From positions 1 to 61,768 of IMG/VR virus record IMGVR_UViG_3300033388_002585: a stretch of DNA of 61,768 bases, one strand, 5' to 3'. The stretch's first letter is position 1, and each line of letters opens with the position of its first letter. Below are positions 10,103-18,082 of this stretch, piece by piece. The position numbers and the translations under genes were made by a program. This DNA comes from a virus. Lineage: Duplodnaviria; Caudoviricetes. The notes beneath the pieces were generated by a model. That model worked only from the letters and a program-made list of their open reading frames with translations. It searched no databases and was not told the DNA's origin.

Positions 10103-10692
10103 TTTTAATCCCAGTTCCCCGGACTCGAATTCACCCGGATTAATCCCGGAATGAGTAAAAGGGGCCTGAATGAGTATAAAGGATAATGCTGTGGCTCACA
10201 GAATGGCCCCTTAAAGCGACTTTTACCCTTTACCCTATACTTGTATATGCCTTTTTTCTCTTCTTTTAACCTTGCCTTCATATTTCTCATTCTCATATCT
10301 ATATAATAACTGGTTGTAGTGGAGGGATCATTCAGCGAATCAAACTCCCGGCAACCGGATCAATCATATCTCCACAGCCCCCGGCCACACATCCCTCTCC
10401 CACTTCCCCGGCTTCACTCTCCGGCTTTACTCCCCCGCTTCTATCCCTCCCCTTTCATTCCCTTTACCAGCCTATACAGCAGCAGGAACAGCGCGGCGCT
10501 CGCTCCCACGCATACACCCCCCCCCTATAGTGCCAACGGGCCGGCGGCAGGGATATACCCCCCCCTTAAAAAAAGTCTAAGCCTGTGCAAGCATACCTCC
10601 CCAAAAAAAATAAAAAAAATAAAAAAATCACCCTTACACTCAACTGTTTACCTATATCTTGTTACTTTTTTCTATTATCTAATAAAAAGAAC

Positions 10693-10721
10693 TTGACATA
10701 AAGATTAAGGTTAGATACGAT
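10693..10721 (+). promoter_or_regulatory. Sigma70-type promoter for the rightward arm
   Basis: TTGACA-17 nt-TACGAT upstream of GGAGG and the ATG at 10766. Confidence 0.75.
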
Positions 10722-10765
10722 GGGATAAATCAAAAAAATAAATATGAGATTGGAGGTTATGTGAC

Positions 10766-11233
10766 ATGGAGGAAATGAAGATTGAAGCAAATGTCAATGG
10801 GCGATATTATACGCTTGAGGAGCTGGAAGAAGAAGCACGATTAGATGCACAGGAAAAAGAAATTTTGGCAAGGAAGGGGATGAGAAAAGATGACACCACA
10901 ATTAACGCACGGGTGAATAGAGAAAAATGGGAAATGTTAAAATTAATGGTGCAGTTAGGTTGGGTGAAGAATTTGAGAACCGGGTTAGATGAAGCGTTAG
11001 AAATGTATATCCAGGATGTACAACTCAGAAAACGCAAAGAACGATACGTAAGCCCGGAATATGCGGTGAAGCTTGCAGAAGTGGCAGTCGAGGAAACAGA
11101 GGAAGCAGGGGGCGTAGATGAAGCAGAGGTTACAGGGGGTAAAGGTGAGGAACCCTTAGCCGTTACCAGCGCCGCAGATAAGGAGGGGGAAGAAAAGGTC
11201 AAGGCAGCAGGAGAAAACGAGGAGGGATGGTAG
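10766..11233 (+). CDS. Hypothetical protein, possible RHH-like core with acidic tail
   Basis: GGAGG RBS; TTINARVNREKWEMLK...LDEALEMYI. Confidence 0.7.
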   Translation: MEEMKIEANVNGRYYTLEELEEEARLDAQEKEILARKGMRKDDTTINARVNREKWEMLKLMVQLGWVKNLRTGLDEALEMYIQDVQLRKRKERYVSPEYAVKLAEVAVEETEEAGGVDEAEVTGGKGEEPLAVTSAADKEGEEKVKAAGENEEGW

Positions 11234-11234
11234 G

Positions 11235-11429
11235 ATGAAGAAACCAGTGATAGCCTGGAGATTACATTCTGGAGACATGACTTTTTGTGGGACTAAAATT
11301 AAAACCATGCTCCCTGTCGGTTGTATCGGTGTTTGTTTTGTATTTGAGAGCAAAAAAGCCGCTCGTAAATATTGGGGAAAAGAGGTTTCTCTGCACGAGA
11401 TTGAGATTGGGACAAAAAAACCCGAGTAA
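11235..11429 (+). CDS. Hypothetical protein
   Basis: ORF abutting the upstream stop. Confidence 0.55.
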   Translation: MKKPVIAWRLHSGDMTFCGTKIKTMLPVGCIGVCFVFESKKAARKYWGKEVSLHEIEIGTKKPE

Positions 11430-11485
11430 AAAATCTCTTGACACAGGCTTTTTTGGGTGTTATGGATAGGAAAAAGGAGGGAATT

Positions 11486-11737
11486 ATGTTGGAGAACAAG
11501 CGCAGGGGAAGGTTTAAGATAAGCATTAGGTCTATAAATGAAGATAGTTACGCAGTTCAAACAGTCTTGAGCGAGGTTATTGTTATCGAGGCGTATGTAT
11601 CTGCGATGGATGAGTGCATTCATTACGCCGGCATTTCCTCCCACTTTAGTCCCGTTGATCTTGGCGCGATAATACCAGAGTATGAGGTTGAGTTTACCAA
11701 ACACACTGGTGAGGTTAAGTTTACAAAGGTGAGGTAA
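11486..11737 (+). CDS. Hypothetical protein
   Basis: AGGAGG before MLENKRR; internal start of 11438..11737. Confidence 0.65.
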   Translation: MLENKRRGRFKISIRSINEDSYAVQTVLSEVIVIEAYVSAMDECIHYAGISSHFSPVDLGAIIPEYEVEFTKHTGEVKFTKVR

Positions 11738-11770
11738 TAGAAAGAAATAGTAAAGAGAAAGGAGTTTTGT

Positions 11771-12649
11771 ATGTATTGCTTTTATCATTCGGCAGATGCA
11801 GATGGATGTTGCTCGGGCGCGATAGTTAAGCGTGTGTTTCCTAAAGTGAAGTTAAGAGGAATTGATTATGGTCAGCAGTTTCCGTGGGAAGAAGTTGCAC
11901 CTGAAGAAACTGTGTTCATGGTCGATTTCACGTTACAGCCGTTTGAAGACATGATCAGGCTTATTAAGTACGCTGATGTTATCTGGCTTGATCATCACAT
12001 AGCGGCGATCAGAGAGCGGGATGCGTGTGAAGAAGGTTTAATATACTACGGTGAGCAAGAAACAGGGTTAGCCGGATGTGAGTTAACCTGGAATTATCTG
12101 TATCCTAATAAAACAATGCCAATGGCGGTTTATCATACGGGAAGATTTGATGTTTGGGACCATTCTCACGAGTACACTCTTCCCTTTCAATCAGGTCTAA
12201 AGCTGTACAATTCAAATCCAAATAATAACGAGTTGTGGGATGAATTGCTGGAATCCGGTGAGAATAAGTTGTTTTATGAGATTCTTGATAAGGGGCGTGT
12301 GGTTTTGGATTACATAATAGCAGATAACGAGAGATACGCGGCAGCCTGTGCGTTTGAGACCAGCTTTGAAGGATATCGTGTGTTAGCTGTCAATAAGATG
12401 CTTACTAATTCCCAGTTATTTGATTCAATGTTTGAGGAGAGTAACTGTGATTTTATGATGACGTTTGGATGGCGCCGGGGTAAGTGGCTGGTGTCTTTGT
12501 ATTCCCCTGAAGGTGGAGTTGATGTGTCTGTGATAGCAGTGAAGCTTGCCAATAAATATGGTAAAGCCGGAACTGGTGGTGGCCATGCTAATGCTGCTGG
12601 CTGTCAAGTAAATTCAGTGGAGTTTATATTAAAAAATGCAAAAAAATAA
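11771..12649 (+). CDS. DHH-family phosphoesterase (DHH/DHHA1)
   Basis: YHSADADG, VDF, LDHH, VSLYS, GGGHANAAG. Confidence 0.9.
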   Translation: MYCFYHSADADGCCSGAIVKRVFPKVKLRGIDYGQQFPWEEVAPEETVFMVDFTLQPFEDMIRLIKYADVIWLDHHIAAIRERDACEEGLIYYGEQETGLAGCELTWNYLYPNKTMPMAVYHTGRFDVWDHSHEYTLPFQSGLKLYNSNPNNNELWDELLESGENKLFYEILDKGRVVLDYIIADNERYAAACAFETSFEGYRVLAVNKMLTNSQLFDSMFEESNCDFMMTFGWRRGKWLVSLYSPEGGVDVSVIAVKLANKYGKAGTGGGHANAAGCQVNSVEFILKNAKK

Positions 12650-13058
12650 ATGCAAAGATTGCGGCGCAGATTGTAACTATAGAGCCATTAGGTGTAGGGC
12701 TTGTAGTGATAAGAGGCCGAAAAGGATTGGGCCGCATTCACAGATAACAAAAGACAAGATTTCAAAGTCTTTAATGGGAAATGTTCCTTGGAATAAGGGA
12801 ACTGCGAAAATAAAGAAAACGAGAACCCAAAAAGAACTATCAGAAGAAATAAGGTTAAGAATGACTGGAGACAAAAATCCAGCAAAACGACCAGAAGTTA
12901 GAGAAAAAATTAGGCAATCTCTCTTGAAAGCATATATTAACAATCCAGAGATACTTGAAAATAGACGGGCATCTGGGATTAATCAACATTCTGATGTTTA
13001 TACTTCAATTGAATCTCCGATAGCAGAAGTTCTTTTCTTGCCTTCTCTCACACTTTAG
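12636..13058 (+). pseudogene. NUMOD3-type DNA-binding region of a homing endonuclease, apparently lacking the nuclease
   Basis: HSQITKDKISKSLMGNVPWNKG and GDKNPAKRPEVREKIRQS; the ORF stops shortly after YTSIESPIAEVL. Confidence 0.6.
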
Positions 13059-13061
13059 AAA

Positions 13062-13135
13062 TGAGGGGAGTATCTTAATTTTAGAGGGCGGGTCGATATA
13101 CTGACCCGTAGTGCAGAGAACCCTGCCTCCCCTCA
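13062..13135 (+). ncRNA. tRNA-sized cloverleaf-like element, non-canonical
   Basis: TGAGGGGAG/CTCCCCTCA closing stem, CGGGTC/GACCCG and GCAG/CTGC hairpins; no TTCRA loop. Confidence 0.45.
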
Positions 13136-13145
13136 CATTAATAAC

Positions 13146-13221
13146 CGGGGTGTAGCGCAGATGGTAGCGTACCTGATTTGGGATCAGGGGGTCGCGCGTT
13201 CGAATCGCGCCATCCCGACCA
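13146..13221 (+). tRNA. tRNA-Pro(TGG)
   Basis: CGGGGTG/CATCCCG acceptor stem, CCTGA-TTTGGGA-TCAGG anticodon arm, GTTCGAATC T-loop, encoded CCA. Confidence 0.95.
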
Positions 13222-13266
13222 GTTGATAGAAGTAAAAATATAAGGGAATATAAGGAAGGAAGTGTT

Positions 13267-13779
13267 ATGAAATTAATTGAAGCGTTAAAAAAGGTAAAAG
13301 ATTTGCAAAGGAAGGCAGGCGATTTAAGATTACTTGTACGGGATCATTGTGCGATTTCATCATTTGAAACTCAAAAATACCCAAACCAGACCAAACAAGT
13401 AGCAGAATGGATACAAGCACATTCAGATGTATTGAAGGAAATTCTTAAACTCAGGGTTGCAATCCAGAAAACAAACCTTTTTACGGAAGTTGTAATTGAA
13501 ATCGGAGACAAGCAAGTCACAAAAACAATTGCGGCGTGGATACACAGAAGGCGCGATCTGGCGAATGAAGAATTACAGATGTGGAATCAATTAACTGACA
13601 GAGGTATTCAAGAGGGTTTAGCAAAGGGGCCTACTGGCGATCCAGTTGAAATCAGGGTCAATAGATTTTATGATCCCTCAGAAAGAGATACAAGATGTGA
13701 ATTGTTTGCGAGTGAACCATCGATCATAGATGGCCGAATGGAAGTGGTTAACGCAATAACTGATTTAATTGAAGACTGA
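13267..13779 (+). CDS. DIP1984-like helical protein
   Basis: MKLIEAL..KDLQRK, LRVAIQKTN, TIAAWI.RR and a C-terminal N resemble the DIP1984 family by eye; AAGGAAGG RBS. Confidence 0.65.
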   Translation: MKLIEALKKVKDLQRKAGDLRLLVRDHCAISSFETQKYPNQTKQVAEWIQAHSDVLKEILKLRVAIQKTNLFTEVVIEIGDKQVTKTIAAWIHRRRDLANEELQMWNQLTDRGIQEGLAKGPTGDPVEIRVNRFYDPSERDTRCELFASEPSIIDGRMEVVNAITDLIED

Positions 13780-13785
13780 TCTTTG

Positions 13786-14073
13786 AAAGTCCTACAAATA
13801 GAGATAAAAATTGGCAAAAGGGAACGTGGCTACAACGATAAGTTAGCAAGCTCGCAAGGGCAACCAAATGTGAATTGGCGGTGGAGACCATATACTCAAA
13901 CCCTAAAGGCTCAAGGTTCAAGGTGAAAGGCAGTAAGGATCAAGTTGAGCAAGATAGCAAGGGGCAAGAAAGCAAGGTTAATCTCGAAGGAAACGGAGAG
14001 AACGACCTGAAACAAGTTATGTTTTTCTCTTTATCATCCAAAACTTCTCAGGCTTCCTGTTTGGGAGGACTTT
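13786..14073 (+). ncRNA. Candidate structured ncRNA or 3' element with periodic AAG repeats
   Basis: AAAGTCCT-A-CAAATAG pairs with CTGTTTG-GG-AGGACTTT; GCTC-GCAA-GGGC tetraloop hairpin; about 11 spaced AAG units. Confidence 0.6.
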
Positions 14074-14110
14074 TTACAGTATAAAGCATAACAGGAAAAG
14101 GAGCATTAAG

Positions 14111-14287
14111 ATGGAAGATAAGATACAGCAAAGACTCGAAGAAATGGCAGAGAAGGCTGGAATTGATCTCGCACTTCTTAACGAACATCAGTCTTACGAA
14201 CTGTATGTCAAGGCCGAGCAGAGCGTTTTGAATGATTTGGCTGCATTTGGGGATATGATGAGAGACAGGACAAAAGAGGAAGAATAG
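14111..14287 (+). CDS. Small hypothetical protein
   Basis: AGGAG RBS; MEDKIQQRLEEMAEKAGID..., below the ORF-track cutoff. Confidence 0.6.
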   Translation: MEDKIQQRLEEMAEKAGIDLALLNEHQSYELYVKAEQSVLNDLAAFGDMMRDRTKEEE

Positions 14288-14317
14288 GAATGAAAGATAT
14301 ATGGCGGAGGAACAACC

Positions 14318-14641
14318 ATGAACTTAACGCTTAATTTAGAATGGTCAAAGAAGTTGCATGAAGCGGGGATTGAGGGAAAATATAAATATTGCCAATACGA
14401 GGGATTAGATGGAAAATCAGTTGTATGCCCTTCATGGAATTTAATTCATAATACAACAAAGTATCCATCATATACCCTTGAGGAACTCCTTGATATGGTG
14501 GAGGGAGAAGTTAAGGTTCTTCATCTATATAGAGGTATTTGGTATTTCGATTATGGAGGCAGAGTAGAAGAGTTTGAGTCCCTCGATCCTAAAATTTGCG
14601 TGTGCGAGGCATTGCTTTGGCAGAAGGGAGAAGGAAGATGA
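14318..14641 (+). CDS. Hypothetical phage protein
   Basis: GGAGG RBS; LEWSKKLHEAG...PSYTLEELL motif. Confidence 0.7.
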   Translation: MNLTLNLEWSKKLHEAGIEGKYKYCQYEGLDGKSVVCPSWNLIHNTTKYPSYTLEELLDMVEGEVKVLHLYRGIWYFDYGGRVEEFESLDPKICVCEALLWQKGEGR

Positions 14642-14944
14642 TTTCATTAAGAAAACTTAAAATGAAAAAAATTAAAGGATTATTTAAAACCAAGCAAGAT
14701 GTCAGAAAAGCTCGAATAGACCTTGAAGTAAAAACTGAAAAAGTCTTTAAGGAATACGACAGAAACAGGCAGAAAAGATGAAATACAAAGAGGCTTTAGA
14801 ATGGTTTGAAGGAAAACGATTTATGACAAATATCATTCCTCAAGAGCCGTTCGAAACATGGGAAGTACGCATAGCACAAGCAGATGCTGCTATGATACAA
14901 CAAGCATATTGGATTATTAAGGCTCATAAGGAAGGAGAAGGAGG

Positions 14945-15361
14945 ATGACTAAAAGTGTATTTTTAGGAGGTACGTGCAATGAAAGCACTTGGCGTAACAG
15001 GATGATGATTTATTTACATGAAGAGGGAGTAAACTACTTTAATCCAGTTGTTGATGATTGGACGGAAGATTGTATGATACAAGAAATTCAGAAGCGGGAG
15101 ACTTGCGATTTCGTTCTCTATACTATCACGCCAAAGATGACTGGAGTTTATTCAATAGCTGAGGTTGTAGATGATTCTAATAAGAGACCGGGAAGAACAA
15201 TTCTTGTACTTTTACGAGATGATGGAGATCTTCGGTTTACAGAAGGGCAATGGAAATCTCTTGGAGCTGTGGCAAAAATGGTGAAGAAAAATGGTGGACA
15301 AGTTTTTGATCACTTAAAGTCCGCCGCTCGGTATATTGGAGAATGTGAAAGAACTACTTGA
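14945..15361 (+). CDS. Nucleoside 2-deoxyribosyltransferase-like protein
   Basis: VFLGGTC..STWR, YFNPVVDDW, E...CD.VL, SIAE. Confidence 0.8.
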   Translation: MTKSVFLGGTCNESTWRNRMMIYLHEEGVNYFNPVVDDWTEDCMIQEIQKRETCDFVLYTITPKMTGVYSIAEVVDDSNKRPGRTILVLLRDDGDLRFTEGQWKSLGAVAKMVKKNGGQVFDHLKSAARYIGECERTT

Positions 15362-15441
15362 CTTTGGTGGTAGAGAGGAGAAGGAAAATAACAACGGGCT
15401 AACTAACTAACTTAAATAAGCAAAGGAGAAGAAGGATTCAG

Positions 15442-15672
15442 ATGAATAAGATTGTGTTTCTGATATTTATTGTCATGGCAGTGCTGATCTTCCCGGTTAG
15501 TACCCAGACTGATTTACCAAACGACTTGAATCCCCAGGCTTTTTTTAGTCTACACGATTATTTCAGATTCGAGTGGATTCAGTATAAGCATGGGGATGTC
15601 ATGGTTGCTTCTGATTTTAGTCACTTCATAAGATTAAATGGGGAGGTTTGTTATTGTCATGGCAGGTGGTGA
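15442..15672 (+). CDS. Hypothetical protein with signal-peptide-like N-terminus
   Basis: Hydrophobic N-terminus and upstream RBS. Confidence 0.55.
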   Translation: MNKIVFLIFIVMAVLIFPVSTQTDLPNDLNPQAFFSLHDYFRFEWIQYKHGDVMVASDFSHFIRLNGEVCYCHGRW

Positions 15673-15758
15673 GATACATGAGCAGACAATAAGACGAGGA
15701 GAAAAAGATGTACGATCAGATAAGGCAACATAAATTAAAGAAAAGAGAGGAGAGAAAT

Positions 15759-15953
15759 ATGCCGGGGTATAAAGGTGAGTCGCTGGGAATCATACCATTT
15801 GGGAAGTATGAAGGAAAAGGGGTAGAGGAGATTGAGACTAATTATCTCATATGGCTGCTGGGTCAAGAATGGTTCGAGGAAAAGTTTGAGGATTTGTTTA
15901 AAGCGGTTGATGATGAGATAAACTACCGAGATAAGTTTGGGAAACATTTTTAG
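15759..15953 (+). CDS. Small PFGKY-motif protein (DUF3820-like)
   Basis: IPFGKYEGK..EEI..NYLIW; GGAG RBS before MPGY. Confidence 0.7.
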   Translation: MPGYKGESLGIIPFGKYEGKGVEEIETNYLIWLLGQEWFEEKFEDLFKAVDDEINYRDKFGKHF

Positions 15954-15971
15954 AGAAAGGGGTAGAATAGA

Positions 15972-16304
15972 ATGAGTGAGATTGTTTATGAAAAAGAAGA
16001 GAGTACGCCAGAAGTGATGAAAGCACCCATATATTTACAGTTCGTGGGAATCATCGAGAAAGCCGTAGTGACATCATCAGGCCCGATATATGCGTTTTTG
16101 ATGGCAGATAGCAACAATCAACGTTATATCGCCGAGTTTCAGTGTCAGCCTAACTATATGAAGGGAATTATGAAGGCTATGTCGAGGATGAGGTTTGTTC
16201 CCCTGGAGGTAGATGAGGTAGTTGAAAAAAAGACTGAAGAAGAGGTTAAGATAAGCAACATCAAGGTTCCGAAGATACTTAGCGCGGGGGATAATGATGA
16301 GTGA
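15972..16304 (+). CDS. Hypothetical protein
   Basis: 110-aa ORF in the gene string. Confidence 0.65.
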   Translation: MSEIVYEKEESTPEVMKAPIYLQFVGIIEKAVVTSSGPIYAFLMADSNNQRYIAEFQCQPNYMKGIMKAMSRMRFVPLEVDEVVEKKTEEEVKISNIKVPKILSAGDNDE

Positions 16305-16683
16305 GGAATTAAGTAACATAAAAGAAGATGATAAGGAATATATAGTAAAGAGGATAACCGAGCTCCTGGGGGACTGCTACCATGACTGGAAGTGGGAAGG
16401 AACATATTGGAGATGTATTAAATGTAACAATCAACGTGTTATTATTAAAAAGCCCTTGAGTGGTGTAGTCTTGAGCAGCTGGTATACATTTGGAAAGCTG
16501 GTGGAGTATATCCAGAGACAACCATGGAAGGATAATTTTTTTCTGGCTCTGTGTACCGATAGAACTTTATGCTGCTATACTGATGCGCATGTTCCTTTTC
16601 ACTATATAGATCCACTTAGATTTGCTATGGCAGTGTGGTTGTTTGTGGGGGGCGAGAAGATAGATAAAAGGATTGAGCAATGA
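16294..16683 (+). CDS. Hypothetical protein (CxH...CxxC)
   Basis: 129-aa ORF overlapping the upstream stop. Confidence 0.65.
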   Translation: MMSEELSNIKEDDKEYIVKRITELLGDCYHDWKWEGTYWRCIKCNNQRVIIKKPLSGVVLSSWYTFGKLVEYIQRQPWKDNFFLALCTDRTLCCYTDAHVPFHYIDPLRFAMAVWLFVGGEKIDKRIEQ

Positions 16684-16769
16684 TTCCGCCAGAAGTTTGT
16701 ATATGGATAATTATTGTGTTCTTTTGTATAATGGTGTTAACGTATTTTAAGAAGTTTTAGAAAGGATGT

Positions 16770-17216
16770 GTGAGGATGGAAGATCAAGAAAAGGGTAAAA
16801 TAAAGGATGAAGCAAAAAAGAAAGAAGATTTGGATGGTAATATAATTTACACGACTACCCGAGAACATTTTGAATATTTTAAGAAGCAATGTGAGTTTTG
16901 GGTAAATGAGCTGGGGATTAATTATTATAAGTTCAGGTATACTCATGAAGAATGTGAAGGAGCGATAGCGAACTGTTATTTGGAACATGCTGGTGGTGCT
17001 GCATTTATTGGATTTGCTACAAAATGGAGAAACATAGAACCCACGGAGAAGGAAATAGAAGAGGTAGCCTTGCATGAAGTTATTGAAGTCTTGTTTGGCT
17101 CCATAGACAGCTTGATGAAGATGTGGTTTTCAGGTTCACTGGTTAATGAAGAACGTCACCGGGTTATCCGGGTTATTGAGAATTATATAAAAAGGAAGTG
17201 GTTCGAGGAGGTGTGA
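16770..17216 (+). CDS. Hypothetical protein with zincin-like HE motif
   Basis: VALHEVIEV...EE; the HExxH motif is degenerate. Confidence 0.6.
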   Translation: MRMEDQEKGKIKDEAKKKEDLDGNIIYTTTREHFEYFKKQCEFWVNELGINYYKFRYTHEECEGAIANCYLEHAGGAAFIGFATKWRNIEPTEKEIEEVALHEVIEVLFGSIDSLMKMWFSGSLVNEERHRVIRVIENYIKRKWFEEV

Positions 17217-17375
17217 TGTGGATTTTAAATTAGAAATAAAACCAGCGGTTTTGCCGGCAGTAAGACATAAGATAGAGGATGTCTTAAAGGCTGAAGGGTA
17301 TAATGTTTGGGGTGGGGGAACCAACACAGATATGTCGAGTTGTGATATATCATTTGGAGATAAGGAAAATAAGAC

Positions 17376-17585
17376 ATGGAAAAAGAAGAAGCAATAACCA
17401 ATCTAAGAAAAAACTCAATTGATGTTGACGTGGATGATAGGATTATTTCATTGCAATCTGATACAAAAATTGGTAACAAGGTATGGAGCTACATTGATTG
17501 TCTTGTAAATTATCACGGGTTCATTTTAACAAGGCATGGAGTAGGCGGAAAAAGAGCGAAGTATAAAAAGGGAGCCTTGAGATAA
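17376..17585 (+). CDS. Hypothetical protein
   Basis: AAGGA RBS; IGNKVWSYIDCLVNYHG. Confidence 0.6.
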   Translation: MEKEEAITNLRKNSIDVDVDDRIISLQSDTKIGNKVWSYIDCLVNYHGFILTRHGVGGKRAKYKKGALR

Positions 17586-17587
17586 GC

Positions 17588-18082
17588 ATGGGCGATAAAA
17601 TAATCAGCAAGACAAAGAAAATTAAAACAGCAGCACAAAAAAAAGAAAGTGCGTTGACTCTTCGAGCCTTTGAGTATTATTATGGGCTTGGAGATTCACG
17701 CACACTATCCAAGGTTGCCAAGAAGTTTAACAGGACTTTAGGTTCTGTTGAAGGTTGGTCGAGTAAATTAAAATGGCGTGATCGAGTACGTCAGCGTGAG
17801 TTAGATGTAGCTGCTAATATTGCAAAAGAGGGGTTTGAGCAGGCGACCGAGGTAAACAAGCGGATACTCAGTATTATTAAAGCCTCAGTAGATGTAAAAG
17901 TAGTAAAGGGAGAAGATGGAGAAGAAGAGATTGTACCGTTACCGATTAAAAACTTTTCAGACGCACAGAAGGCACATGAGTTACAGGACAGAATATTGCA
18001 CCCGGAGAGGTACAATAGAGCAGGAGACGATGACGAGGGAGGAAATAAAGTTGCTGTTGTCGTTAATATAACAAAGAGTTAA
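17588..18082 (+). CDS. terS: Terminase small subunit (probable)
   Basis: AFEYYYGLGDSRTLSKVAKKF...WSSKLKWRDRV HTH; abuts the large subunit. Confidence 0.75.
   Translation: MGDKIISKTKKIKTAAQKKESALTLRAFEYYYGLGDSRTLSKVAKKFNRTLGSVEGWSSKLKWRDRVRQRELDVAANIAKEGFEQATEVNKRILSIIKASVDVKVVKGEDGEEEIVPLPIKNFSDAQKAHELQDRILHPERYNRAGDDDEGGNKVAVVVNITKS

Noticed and set aside
9395-10696. ORFs 9395..9592, 10105..10296 and 10319..10696
   Set aside because: Low-complexity translations with no convincing RBS, inside the repeat region.
13875-14084. 69-aa ORF over the AAG-repeat tract
   Set aside because: TTG start without an SD; repeat spacing is mostly not a multiple of 3; long-range pairing favours an RNA element.
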